The notes beneath the pieces are model-generated. The model was not told where the DNA came from. It was given only the letters and a program-made list of their open reading frames with translations, and did no database searches. Positions 27,812-35,907 of a DNA stretch of 64,000 bases are shown piece after piece (within the stretch, counting starts at the first letter, position 1; every line of letters begins with the position of its first letter). The position numbers and the translations under genes were made by a program. Source of the DNA: Luteimonas sp. (GTDB taxonomy: Bacteria; Pseudomonadota; Gammaproteobacteria; Xanthomonadales; Xanthomonadaceae). The DNA lies in assembly GCA_035444805.1 (NCBI GenBank), contig DAOMPM010000006.1, forward strand, positions 1,069-65,068, in the 5' to 3' direction.

Positions 27812-29854
27812 CTAGCCGCCCACACTACGGCGAAGAGTGACCAGCACCTGCCCCGGCGTGCGGTGGCTGCGGGTTTCGCGCTCGTCCAGCGGAACCTGCG
27901 CACGCAGGCCGTCGTACTTGTCGCGCGCCTCGGAGAAGCGGCGCCCGAACAGATCGCGCATTTCGGCGCGCACGCGCCAACCGCCACCCAGGCGCTTTTC
28001 CGCGAACACGTTCCAGGACAGGTCGTCACGCTCGTGCCTGACCTCGTCATGGCTGTATTTGGTCTCGCGCTCGGCCAGCTCCAGTTCAATGCCCCAGGTC
28101 ATGCGCTGGGCAGGCAGGATCTGCGTCAGCCTGATCCGACCTTCCAGCGGTGACTCGCCCGAGATCCCGCGGGTCTCGTTGGTGGTCGGGTCGACCACCG
28201 AGCTGGTCCGCCACAGCATCTTCGAGGAAAGCCGGAACCCGGTCATCCCGATCCTGTCCAGCGATCCCGACAGTTCCAGTTCGAGCGTGTCGCGCCGACC
28301 GTCCCCGATGTTGCCCGGTGCGTCGTACACGTCCTCGCCGGACACCACCGGCACGCGATCGACGACATCGCTGATGCGCTCGTGGGTCCACGTCACGCCG
28401 AGCGCGCCATCCTCGCCGAAGCTCCGCTCCCAGCCGGCGACCAGGCGCCAGGTCTTGTCCGGCTCCAGTTCCGCATTACCGGCGCTGACCACGCCGGTGT
28501 CGAGCGCGGCCGAAGCGACGAAGTCCCCGAAGTCCAGCTGCCCCACCTCGCGCGACAGTCCCAGGTGGAACCCGTTCCGGTCGTCGCGCTCCCAGTACCC
28601 GGTCAGCCGCGGCTTGAAGTAGACGAAGTCACGCTCCATCGGCGTATCGCCGCTTTGGCGCAGGGCGGACGTCTCGACCCTCACGCCGGCCTCGACGGTC
28701 AATGCCTTGGCCGGCTGCCACGCTGCAGCGAGCATCGCCTCCGCCCGCCGCTCCTCGATCCGCACATCCGAACCGGGCAGATCGATCCGCTCGCCGTTCT
28801 CGCTCAGGCGCGCCTGGCTTTCGAGGAAGTTGAACGCACCCTCCAGTCCTGCCGACAGGCGCAGCCGCGGGGACCACTCGCGGCCCAACTCGACCCGCAG
28901 CAGGGTCTCGCCGCTGTCGGTATCTTCCTCGAAGCGCTCCTCGTCGTCGTCCTCGTGCGACAGGGACAATGCCTGCAGTCGCCCCAGCCGCTGGCTGGCC
29001 ATCAGTTCCAGCCGCGAGTGCTCGCCGAGGTGGCGCACGTAGCGCCCGCCGATCTCGAACTCCCGCGTGTCCTCGGTGTCATCCGCGATTTCGGTGCGCG
29101 TGCCGGTGGCGCGATCGAATCGCGTCATGGCCTCGTCGACGCGCTCGCCGCGCAACGCGGCGTTGACCCCGAGGCTGCCGCCAGCCAGCGGCTGCCGCCA
29201 GCTGGCGCTGGATCCGTACACGTCGTTGACCCGGCGGGTCCGGGTGTCCAGGTCTTCCAGCAGCGCACCGTCGGGCGCGAAGGCGCGGATCCTGCCCGGC
29301 CCCGTGTCGTCGTCCAGCTCCCGCTCCGCCGACAGCGCGAATTCCAGCACCCGGTCGTCGCGTCGGCGCCCGTACTCGAATTGCCCTTGCGGACCGGCCC
29401 AGCCATCGCTGGCGATCGCGACGCCAAGCTGCGTCGCCATTTCCGAGGTGGCCGCCCGTTCGCGCACCACGTTCGCCAGCACCGCGTGGCCGCCCATGTC
29501 GATGCCGGGCGCACCGCCACGGATCACTTCGATGCGCTCCACCGAAGCGGCCGGAATCCGCTGCAGCAGGCTGACGATATCCTCGCGCCGACTGGTGGGC
29601 TGGGCACCGTCGATCAGCACGTTGCCGCGCGCGCCCGCGTAGCCGCGCACGTCGGTATCGGCCTCGACGATGCTGAAACCGGGCAGGCGCAGCACCATGT
29701 CATGGGCGTTGGCAGGCGCAGCCGCGGCAAAACTGTCGGCCTCGTATACGGTCACGCCCTGGGTCTCCGGCGCGGACCCATTGTCCTGCGCCGTGCACGG
29801 CGATGCCGCAAGCGCGAGCAAAAGCAGGGGAACAAGGGATAAGCGGTCCGGCAT
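27812..29854 (-). CDS. TonB-dependent receptor-like outer membrane protein
   Basis: Signal peptide; plug-like LRLPGF...RG..GNVLIDG...IPAASVERIEVIRG; GNAELEP; beta-strand patterning. Confidence 0.8.
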   Translation of the reverse strand: MPDRLSLVPLLLLALAASPCTAQDNGSAPETQGVTVYEADSFAAAAPANAHDMVLRLPGFSIVEADTDVRGYAGARGNVLIDGAQPTSRREDIVSLLQRIPAASVERIEVIRGGAPGIDMGGHAVLANVVRERAATSEMATQLGVAIASDGWAGPQGQFEYGRRRDDRVLEFALSAERELDDDTGPGRIRAFAPDGALLEDLDTRTRRVNDVYGSSASWRQPLAGGSLGVNAALRGERVDEAMTRFDRATGTRTEIADDTEDTREFEIGGRYVRHLGEHSRLELMASQRLGRLQALSLSHEDDDEERFEEDTDSGETLLRVELGREWSPRLRLSAGLEGAFNFLESQARLSENGERIDLPGSDVRIEERRAEAMLAAAWQPAKALTVEAGVRVETSALRQSGDTPMERDFVYFKPRLTGYWERDDRNGFHLGLSREVGQLDFGDFVASAALDTGVVSAGNAELEPDKTWRLVAGWERSFGEDGALGVTWTHERISDVVDRVPVVSGEDVYDAPGNIGDGRRDTLELELSGSLDRIGMTGFRLSSKMLWRTSSVVDPTTNETRGISGESPLEGRIRLTQILPAQRMTWGIELELAERETKYSHDEVRHERDDLSWNVFAEKRLGGGWRVRAEMRDLFGRRFSEARDKYDGLRAQVPLDERETRSHRTPGQVLVTLRRSVGG

Positions 29855-29921
29855 GGTGGTATACAGGGATCAGGATCCGGTCATCCTGGACCGGCGCTGC
29901 TGACAACTGGCGCCTGCGCCG

Positions 29922-29938
29922 TGTCAGCCCGTTGTCAG
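29922..29938 (-). promoter_or_regulatory. OmpR-type direct repeat CTGACA-N5-CTGACA
   Basis: + strand TGTCAG-CCCGT-TGTCAG, 11 bp phasing, between divergent TBDR-3 and PepSY genes. Confidence 0.5.
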
Positions 29939-29962
29939 GCCCGCCGCCCCATCATCGCCGCC

Positions 29963-30292
29963 ATGAACACGACCTCCTCCCGTCCCAGGCACGTCCTCCC
30001 GCTCGCGCTTGGCCTCGCGCTCACGGCTCTCTTCGCCCCGGCCATCCAGGCTGGCGACGACGACCACATCGAAGCGCGCCGGCTGCTCCAGCGCGGCGAG
30101 ATCCTGCCGCTCAACCATATCCTCCAGATCGTGCAGCGTCGCGTGCCAGGCGACGTCATCGATGTGGAGCTGGACCGCAGCAGCAAGCACGGCTGGGAGT
30201 ACGAGGTGAAGGTGCTGACCTCGACCGGGCGCGTGCTGGAAGTCGACCTCAACGCCCGCACCGGGGAAATCCGCAAGATCGAGGACGACTGA
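29963..30292 (+). CDS. PepSY domain-containing secreted protein
   Basis: Signal peptide; GEILPL...VPGDVIDVELD...YEVKVL..GRVLEVDLNARTGEI. Confidence 0.88.
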   Translation: MNTTSSRPRHVLPLALGLALTALFAPAIQAGDDDHIEARRLLQRGEILPLNHILQIVQRRVPGDVIDVELDRSSKHGWEYEVKVLTSTGRVLEVDLNARTGEIRKIEDD

Positions 30293-30960
30293 TGCGTTGC
30301 CTCGTCGTCGAGGACGATCCCGACATCCAGGCCGACCTGAGGCACGGGCTCGAGGCTTCGGGTTTCGCAGTCGATACCGCCGGCGACGGCAGGGACGCCT
30401 GGTTCCTCGGCGACACCGAGGACTACGACGCCGTGGTCCTCGACCTCGGCCTGCCGCAGCTCGACGGCCTGTCGGTGCTGCGACGCTGGCGTTCGGCCGG
30501 CCGCGCTTTCCCGGTCATCGTGCTCTCGGCCAGGGGCGACTGGACCGAGAAGGTGGAAGGCATCGAGGCCGGCGCGGACGACTACATGGGCAAGCCGTTC
30601 CAGATGGGCGAACTGCTCGCACGCGTGCGCGGACTGACCCGGCGCGGTGCCGGACGCACCAGCAACGTCGTCGCCGTCGGCAGGCTGCGGTTGGACACGG
30701 CGCGGATGAGCGCCACCTTCGACGGTGCACCGGCGCAGCTGTCGCCGCTGGAATTCCGGCTGCTCGACCACCTCGCCCACTCGCCGGACCGCCCGGTGCC
30801 CGCCGGGGAGCTCGCCGAACAGCTGTATGGCGTCGGTGACGCCGATGCCGGCGACACCAATGCCATCGAGGCCATCGTCGCCCGGCTGCGGCGCAAGTTC
30901 GGCGCCAGGATCATCGCCACCCGGCGCGGATTCGGCTACCTGCCAGGCGATCCGTCGTGA
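30292..30960 (+). CDS. OmpR-family response regulator
   Basis: LVVEDD, DLGLPQLDG, GADDYMGKPF, winged-helix IEAIVARLRRK/TRRGFGY. Confidence 0.93.
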   Translation: MRCLVVEDDPDIQADLRHGLEASGFAVDTAGDGRDAWFLGDTEDYDAVVLDLGLPQLDGLSVLRRWRSAGRAFPVIVLSARGDWTEKVEGIEAGADDYMGKPFQMGELLARVRGLTRRGAGRTSNVVAVGRLRLDTARMSATFDGAPAQLSPLEFRLLDHLAHSPDRPVPAGELAEQLYGVGDADAGDTNAIEAIVARLRRKFGARIIATRRGFGYLPGDPS

Positions 30961-32303
30961 TCACGCGCTCGCTGCACTGGCGTCTGCTGGCGGGCGCCGC
31001 GGCGGCGATCCTGCTGGCGCTGTGCGTGGCCTGGGCGTTGATGACGCTGCTGTTCGAACGGCACCTCGAGCGCAGGCTCGAAAGCGAGCTCACCCGCGAC
31101 GGGCTGCGCCTGGTCGCCGCACTGGAGCTTGATGCCGGCGGCGCACCGCTGGTCGAGCCGGTGCCGATGGACCCGCGCCTGCAGACGCCCGCGGGCGGCT
31201 ACTACTGGCAGGTGTCGACGCCATCCGGCGCCGCACGCTCGCGTTCGCTGTGGGATGCCGACCTGCCCGCGCGCGATACCGCGCCGACCGACGACTGGAA
31301 GCTGCGGCACCAGGACGGTCCGTTCGGCGAACCCATCTCGCTGCTCGAGCGCGTGGTCGCGCCGGACGCCGGCGGACCCGACGTGCTGGTGCAGCTGGCG
31401 CAGGATCGTGCGCCGCTCACCGCCGCACGCGACGAATTCGGCCGCGAGCTGGCGCTGTTCCTGTTCGCGCTGTGGCTGGTGCTGTCGGCGGCTGCGTGGC
31501 TGCAGGTTCGCCTCGGCCTGCGCCCGCTGCGCCGCATCCGCGGCGACCTGGATCGGCTGCGCGACAGCGCACAGGCGCGGCTACCGGAAGCACACCTGCG
31601 CGAGATCCAGCCGCTCACCGAGGCGATCAACTCGCTCGCCGACGCGCGCGAAAACGACCTCGACCTCGCCCGGCGGCGCGCCGGCGACCTCGCGCACGGG
31701 CTGAAGACGCCGCTGTCGGCGATCGCCGCGCAAAGCCGCCGCGCGCGGGAAGACGGTGCCGCCCAGGCAGCCGACGGGCTGGATCGCGCCGTCGCGGCCA
31801 TGCGCCGCACGATCGATTCCGAACTGGCGCGAGCTCGGATCGCCGCAATCAGACGCGGCCCTGGCGGATCGAGCCAGGTGCGAACGACGGTGGAACGCCT
31901 GGTCAACGTGATCGAGCACACGGACCAGGGCGGGCAACTGGCGTTCAGTATCGACATCCCGGGCACGCTGGAGCTCGCCGTGCAACCGGACGACCTGTCC
32001 GAAATCATCGGCGCGGTGCTGGAGAACGCCTCCCGCCATGCCCGGCGACACGTGCGAATCAGCGGAGCCGCCGGTCCCGAATGGACCACGCTGAGCGTGG
32101 AGGACGATGGGCCGGGCATCAGCGACGACCGGCTTGTGCAAGTGATGGAGCGCGGCGGCAGAATGGACGAGAGCGGAACCGGGCTGGGGCTCGCGATCGC
32201 GCGCGACCTGACCGAGGCCACGGGGGGACGCATCCGCCTCTCGCGTTCCGGACTGGGCGGATTCGCCGTCGTCTTCATCTGGGGCCCGGCCTCGCCCGAA
32301 TGA
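30957..32303 (+). CDS. Sensor histidine kinase
   Basis: Two TM helices, HAMP, H-box DLAHGLKTPL, N-box LENA, DDGPG, GTGLGLAI. Confidence 0.93.
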   Translation: MITRSLHWRLLAGAAAAILLALCVAWALMTLLFERHLERRLESELTRDGLRLVAALELDAGGAPLVEPVPMDPRLQTPAGGYYWQVSTPSGAARSRSLWDADLPARDTAPTDDWKLRHQDGPFGEPISLLERVVAPDAGGPDVLVQLAQDRAPLTAARDEFGRELALFLFALWLVLSAAAWLQVRLGLRPLRRIRGDLDRLRDSAQARLPEAHLREIQPLTEAINSLADARENDLDLARRRAGDLAHGLKTPLSAIAAQSRRAREDGAAQAADGLDRAVAAMRRTIDSELARARIAAIRRGPGGSSQVRTTVERLVNVIEHTDQGGQLAFSIDIPGTLELAVQPDDLSEIIGAVLENASRHARRHVRISGAAGPEWTTLSVEDDGPGISDDRLVQVMERGGRMDESGTGLGLAIARDLTEATGGRIRLSRSGLGGFAVVFIWGPASPE

Positions 32304-32349
32304 CCGCCTGCGGCCCGCAACCGCTTCCGGCACCTGTCGCTGCGACTAC

Positions 32350-32367
32350 CTGACATTTTCCTGACAG
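32350..32367 (+). promoter_or_regulatory. OmpR/Pho-type direct repeat CTGACA-N5-CTGACA
   Basis: CTGACATTTTCCTGACAG about 105 bp upstream of the metallophosphoesterase start. Confidence 0.5.
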
Positions 32368-32472
32368 CCTGCGAACGTGGGCTATCAGTCGCCGCGTGCG
32401 ATCTTTCCCTGGACCACCCCCGCATGTATCCGGGGCCGCGGAGTCCAACCACTTCAATCAGGGAGAACCCCC

Positions 32473-33759
32473 GTGCAAGTTGCGTCCACCCTTCTGCTGT
32501 CCATGGCAAGCCTGGGCCTTGTCGCCGCATTGCCGCCCGCTGCCTCCGCGGCGGGGCCCGATGCCCGCGCTCCTTCATTCGTGGTCTTCGGCGACAGCGG
32601 CTACATCCCCTCCTACTACGAACTCGACGACGACGAACCGCCGATGCGCACGATCGGCGAGTACATGGCCATCGAAGTGGAAGAGTGGCTGGAGCGCAAC
32701 CCGTCGCTGGAAGGCTTCACGCCGACGCCGTGGACGTTCGAAACGGCAATGGGCAGCTACTTCCAGGCCAGCGGCATGTACCCGGTGGCCTGGGCCATGG
32801 ACGAGTACTGCAGGACCTGGAACTGCGACTTCGCGGTGATGCTGGGCGACAACATCTATCCCGACGGTGCCACCCTCGGCGCCGATGGCATTTCGGATGA
32901 ACGGCGCTTCAGGCAGATGCTCGATCAGCCGTTCGGCGCGTTCGGTGCCGGCACCCCCGGCTTCACCATCTACTCGATGCTGGGCAACCACGACTGGCGA
33001 ACCTCGCGCGAAGCCGTCTACGCACAGATGCGCTATCTCCAGCAGCATCCCAACTTCCACATGCCCGCCCTGTTCTATCGCGTCATTCCACCGGGGTTCG
33101 AGGGACAGGTGGAGATGTTCGTCATCGACACCGAAGTCCTGCTGGCCGGCACCACGGTGCGCAAGGACGAACTGGACGAGGAAGGCAACGAACTCGATAC
33201 CGGCAGGCTGGAGGAGTGGGATCCGCACATCAAGCCGGCCAACGCCGCCGAACGCAACATGGTTGCCTGGCTGGAAGGAGCGCTGCGCGACTCCACGGCG
33301 AAATGGAAGATCGTGTTGGGGCATCATCCGCTGTGGTCCGGTGCCGGCAGCAAGTACGAAAAGGCCCGCGCGCTGCGCGCCCTGTTCCTGCCGGTGCTGT
33401 GCCGCCACGCCGACGCCTACTTCGCCGGCGACGACCACACCATGGAGGTCTACACCGACGACTGCAGCGGGCCCGACGGCCTCGGCGAGGCCGCCGACCA
33501 GCCGCTACCGCTGCTGGTCAGTGGCGCGGCAGCGAAGTACCGCCCGCTGCACCCGAAGTTCATGGCCCAGCAGGTCGCCAACAATCCGCAGATTCGCAAC
33601 CTGTGGTCGAAGGGCCAAACCTGGGGCTTCATGCACGTCAGCATCGAGGACGACACCATGACGGTGCGCACGCTGACGACGCCCGGCGACTTCAGCGGAC
33701 GTCCCGTACTGGAGGTCGAGCACAGGTTCCCGCATCGCTCGCACGATCCAGGCCCCTGA
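32473..33759 (+). CDS. Secreted metallophosphoesterase, purple/tartrate-resistant acid phosphatase type
   Basis: GDSG, GDNIY, GNHD, GHHP, GDDH motifs; N-terminal signal peptide; GTG start with SD. Confidence 0.82.
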   Translation: MQVASTLLLSMASLGLVAALPPAASAAGPDARAPSFVVFGDSGYIPSYYELDDDEPPMRTIGEYMAIEVEEWLERNPSLEGFTPTPWTFETAMGSYFQASGMYPVAWAMDEYCRTWNCDFAVMLGDNIYPDGATLGADGISDERRFRQMLDQPFGAFGAGTPGFTIYSMLGNHDWRTSREAVYAQMRYLQQHPNFHMPALFYRVIPPGFEGQVEMFVIDTEVLLAGTTVRKDELDEEGNELDTGRLEEWDPHIKPANAAERNMVAWLEGALRDSTAKWKIVLGHHPLWSGAGSKYEKARALRALFLPVLCRHADAYFAGDDHTMEVYTDDCSGPDGLGEAADQPLPLLVSGAAAKYRPLHPKFMAQQVANNPQIRNLWSKGQTWGFMHVSIEDDTMTVRTLTTPGDFSGRPVLEVEHRFPHRSHDPGP

Positions 33760-33859
33760 GCCTGCGCGTTCCGCTCGACGCGGATCCCGCCACCGGTTGC
33801 CGGGGAAGCGCGGCATCGGGAACGGTGCCGCGCCTCGATCGCCGGCGCGCCGGGCCGAA

Positions 33860-34537
33860 TCAGTTGCCGCCGGGCACGCCCGGTTGCACCGCCCGCTGCC
33901 GATGGCCGTCGAGCGCCGCTCGAATCAGCGCCTTCGCTTCCGCTGCATCGCCGAAGCCGTTCAACACCACCGGGTTGCGGCCCTCCGGCAAGTCCTTGTA
34001 GACGCGGAAGAACGCCTCGATGCGATCGCGCTCGATCTCCGGCAGGTCGCCGATGTCGCGGATGCCGGCGTAAGTCGGATCAACCCTGTCGGCCGGCACG
34101 CCAATGATCTTCTCGTCGCGTTCGCCGCCATCGATCATGCGCAGCACGCCGATCGGGCGAAAACGGATCATCGTGCCCGGGTGCATCGGCTCGCGCGTGA
34201 GCACCAGGGCGTCAAGCGGGTCGTCGTCGCCGGCCAGGGTGCGCGGCAGCGAGCCGTAGTTGGCCGGGTACGTCATCGGCATCGACAGGAAGCGATCGAC
34301 ATGCACCAGGCCGTCCTCGCCGATCTCGTACTTGGTGAAGCTGCCCGCCGGGATTTCCACTGCGAGCAGCACTTCCTCCGGCGCAGCGTCCGGCTGTGCC
34401 GCGAGGAAGGGATGGCGGATCCCTTCACCGCGATCGGCCGCGACCGCCGGCAGCACCAGAAGCAGAGCCGGCAGCAGCGCCAACAGCACGGCCGATGCCG
34501 CGCGCGGACGCGCCGCCGGTACCGGCCTTGCCGCCAT
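33860..34537 (-). CDS. ppa: Family I inorganic pyrophosphatase with N-terminal signal peptide
   Basis: EIPAGSFTKYE, YPANYG, DDDPLD, DEKI, FFRVYK; preceded by a hydrophobic leader ending AVA-A. Confidence 0.85.
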   Translation of the reverse strand: MAARPVPAARPRAASAVLLALLPALLLVLPAVAADRGEGIRHPFLAAQPDAAPEEVLLAVEIPAGSFTKYEIGEDGLVHVDRFLSMPMTYPANYGSLPRTLAGDDDPLDALVLTREPMHPGTMIRFRPIGVLRMIDGGERDEKIIGVPADRVDPTYAGIRDIGDLPEIERDRIEAFFRVYKDLPEGRNPVVLNGFGDAAEAKALIRAALDGHRQRAVQPGVPGGN

Positions 34538-35703
34538 CAGCGCGTGCAGGCCGGCAGCGACAGCGCCGTGGCAATCCCGCGCCAGTCGAAGGCCACCGCG
34601 CCCTGGTCGTCGTGCACGGCATACAACACGCCATCGGGGAAGCGCGTGCTCGCGGCCTGGTCCAGCCAGATGCCATCGGTATTGGCAACGGTCGGTCCGG
34701 TCACCGCACCGGCGTGCGCCAGCGAGACGCGGTCGAACAGGTGGAACACCGTGCGGCCCTTGCCCTGCTCGGTGGTGATCCACCAGCCGCTGCCGTCGGC
34801 GCAGTCCTTGAGCATGATCCCTTCCGACTGCGCCTTCAGGAAATCGGCGCCGATGGTGCGCCCGCTGAACCTGCCCTCGAGGTCATAGACCTTGAGTTCG
34901 TTGGCGTACGCCTCGTCTTCCTCGGCGATCATCAGGCGGTTGTGCCCGGGATCGCCCCAGATCGACTCGACCACGCGCAGCGCACCCTCCGGCGAGGTGT
35001 CGCCGAAGGCACCGAGGTGACGCGTGGCGAAGCCTTCGCCCTCGCCCGCCATCGCGAAGCGGTGCACGCGACGGGTCAGCTCGGCCAGCGGCGGCAGGAT
35101 GTCCTCGCCCTGCGCGTCCTCGCCGGCCATGTATGCATCGGTGACGTAAAGCTCGTAGCCCGCGTCCACCTTGTGCGCCCACAGGCCGTAGGGCAGTTCG
35201 AGCACGTCGGCACCGAACATCGCCACCGCCTCCATCCCCGGCAGGCGCAGCACCTGCACCCGGCGGTTGTCGCGCTCGACCACGAACACCAGGTCATCGA
35301 CGATGGCGATGCCGTTGGGGCGGTCGAACTGGCCCGCGCCGGCGCCGCGCTCGCCGACGTGGCGCACGAACTCGCCGGTGTCGCCGTCATAGACCACCAA
35401 CCTGTGCGTGGACTTGGCGGTCGCCAGCAGCAGGATCCCGCCATCGGGCGCGGTCCAGCTGGCGACAGAGTCGATGTTGTCCTCGGGCGTCATCGGCGTG
35501 GCGAAGGCTTCGTCGACGGTCACCGCATCGCTGGTGCCTTCGCCGCGCGCTCCCTCGCGCACGAGGTCGGCGCGGTCTTCGGCGTCCGCGGCCGCTTCCA
35601 CTGTATCGGTATCGCCGGCGCCGCCGCAGGCGGCAAGCGCCAGCGCAAGTGCAGCGGCGGCCAGGACGCGCAAGTGTGCGGGTCGTGCGTGGTCGATGTT
35701 CAT
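34537..35703 (-). CDS. Divergent beta-propeller phytase-like lipoprotein
   Basis: LAAC lipobox; NIDS, RPNG, PYG, EED, SEG, EQG, NTDG, HDD motifs echo propeller phytases; TGATG overlap with ppa. Confidence 0.65.
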   Translation of the reverse strand: MNIDHARPAHLRVLAAAALALALAACGGAGDTDTVEAAADAEDRADLVREGARGEGTSDAVTVDEAFATPMTPEDNIDSVASWTAPDGGILLLATAKSTHRLVVYDGDTGEFVRHVGERGAGAGQFDRPNGIAIVDDLVFVVERDNRRVQVLRLPGMEAVAMFGADVLELPYGLWAHKVDAGYELYVTDAYMAGEDAQGEDILPPLAELTRRVHRFAMAGEGEGFATRHLGAFGDTSPEGALRVVESIWGDPGHNRLMIAEEDEAYANELKVYDLEGRFSGRTIGADFLKAQSEGIMLKDCADGSGWWITTEQGKGRTVFHLFDRVSLAHAGAVTGPTVANTDGIWLDQAASTRFPDGVLYAVHDDQGAVAFDWRGIATALSLPACTR

Positions 35704-35741
35704 CAGGTCTTCCCTCGGTAACAGCGCGCCATTCTCGGGCG

Positions 35742-35770
35742 CTGACATTTCGCTGTCATGACAATGACTC
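35742..35770. promoter_or_regulatory. Three 11-bp-phased Pho-box-like half sites
   Basis: + strand CTGACAT-TTCG-CTGTCAT; - strand reads GAGTCAT-TGTC-ATGACAG-CGAA-ATGTCAG. Confidence 0.5.
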
Positions 35771-35816
35771 ATCAGGGACACCAGGCCGCCAAGCGCCCTG
35801 CACAAGAACCTAGCAA

Positions 35817-35850
35817 CAGTCATATCCATGTAACGTCTCGATCACAAGAT
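35817..35850 (+). promoter_or_regulatory. Pho-box-like promoter of TBDR-2
   Basis: CAGTCAT-ATCC-ATGTAAC, 10 nt spacer, then weak -10 CAAGAT: canonical PhoB promoter geometry. Confidence 0.5.
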
Positions 35851-35907
35851 CCGATTCCGACGCGGACCGCAGCAGCGGCCGCACTCCGTCCGGACTCGAG
35901 AATCAAA

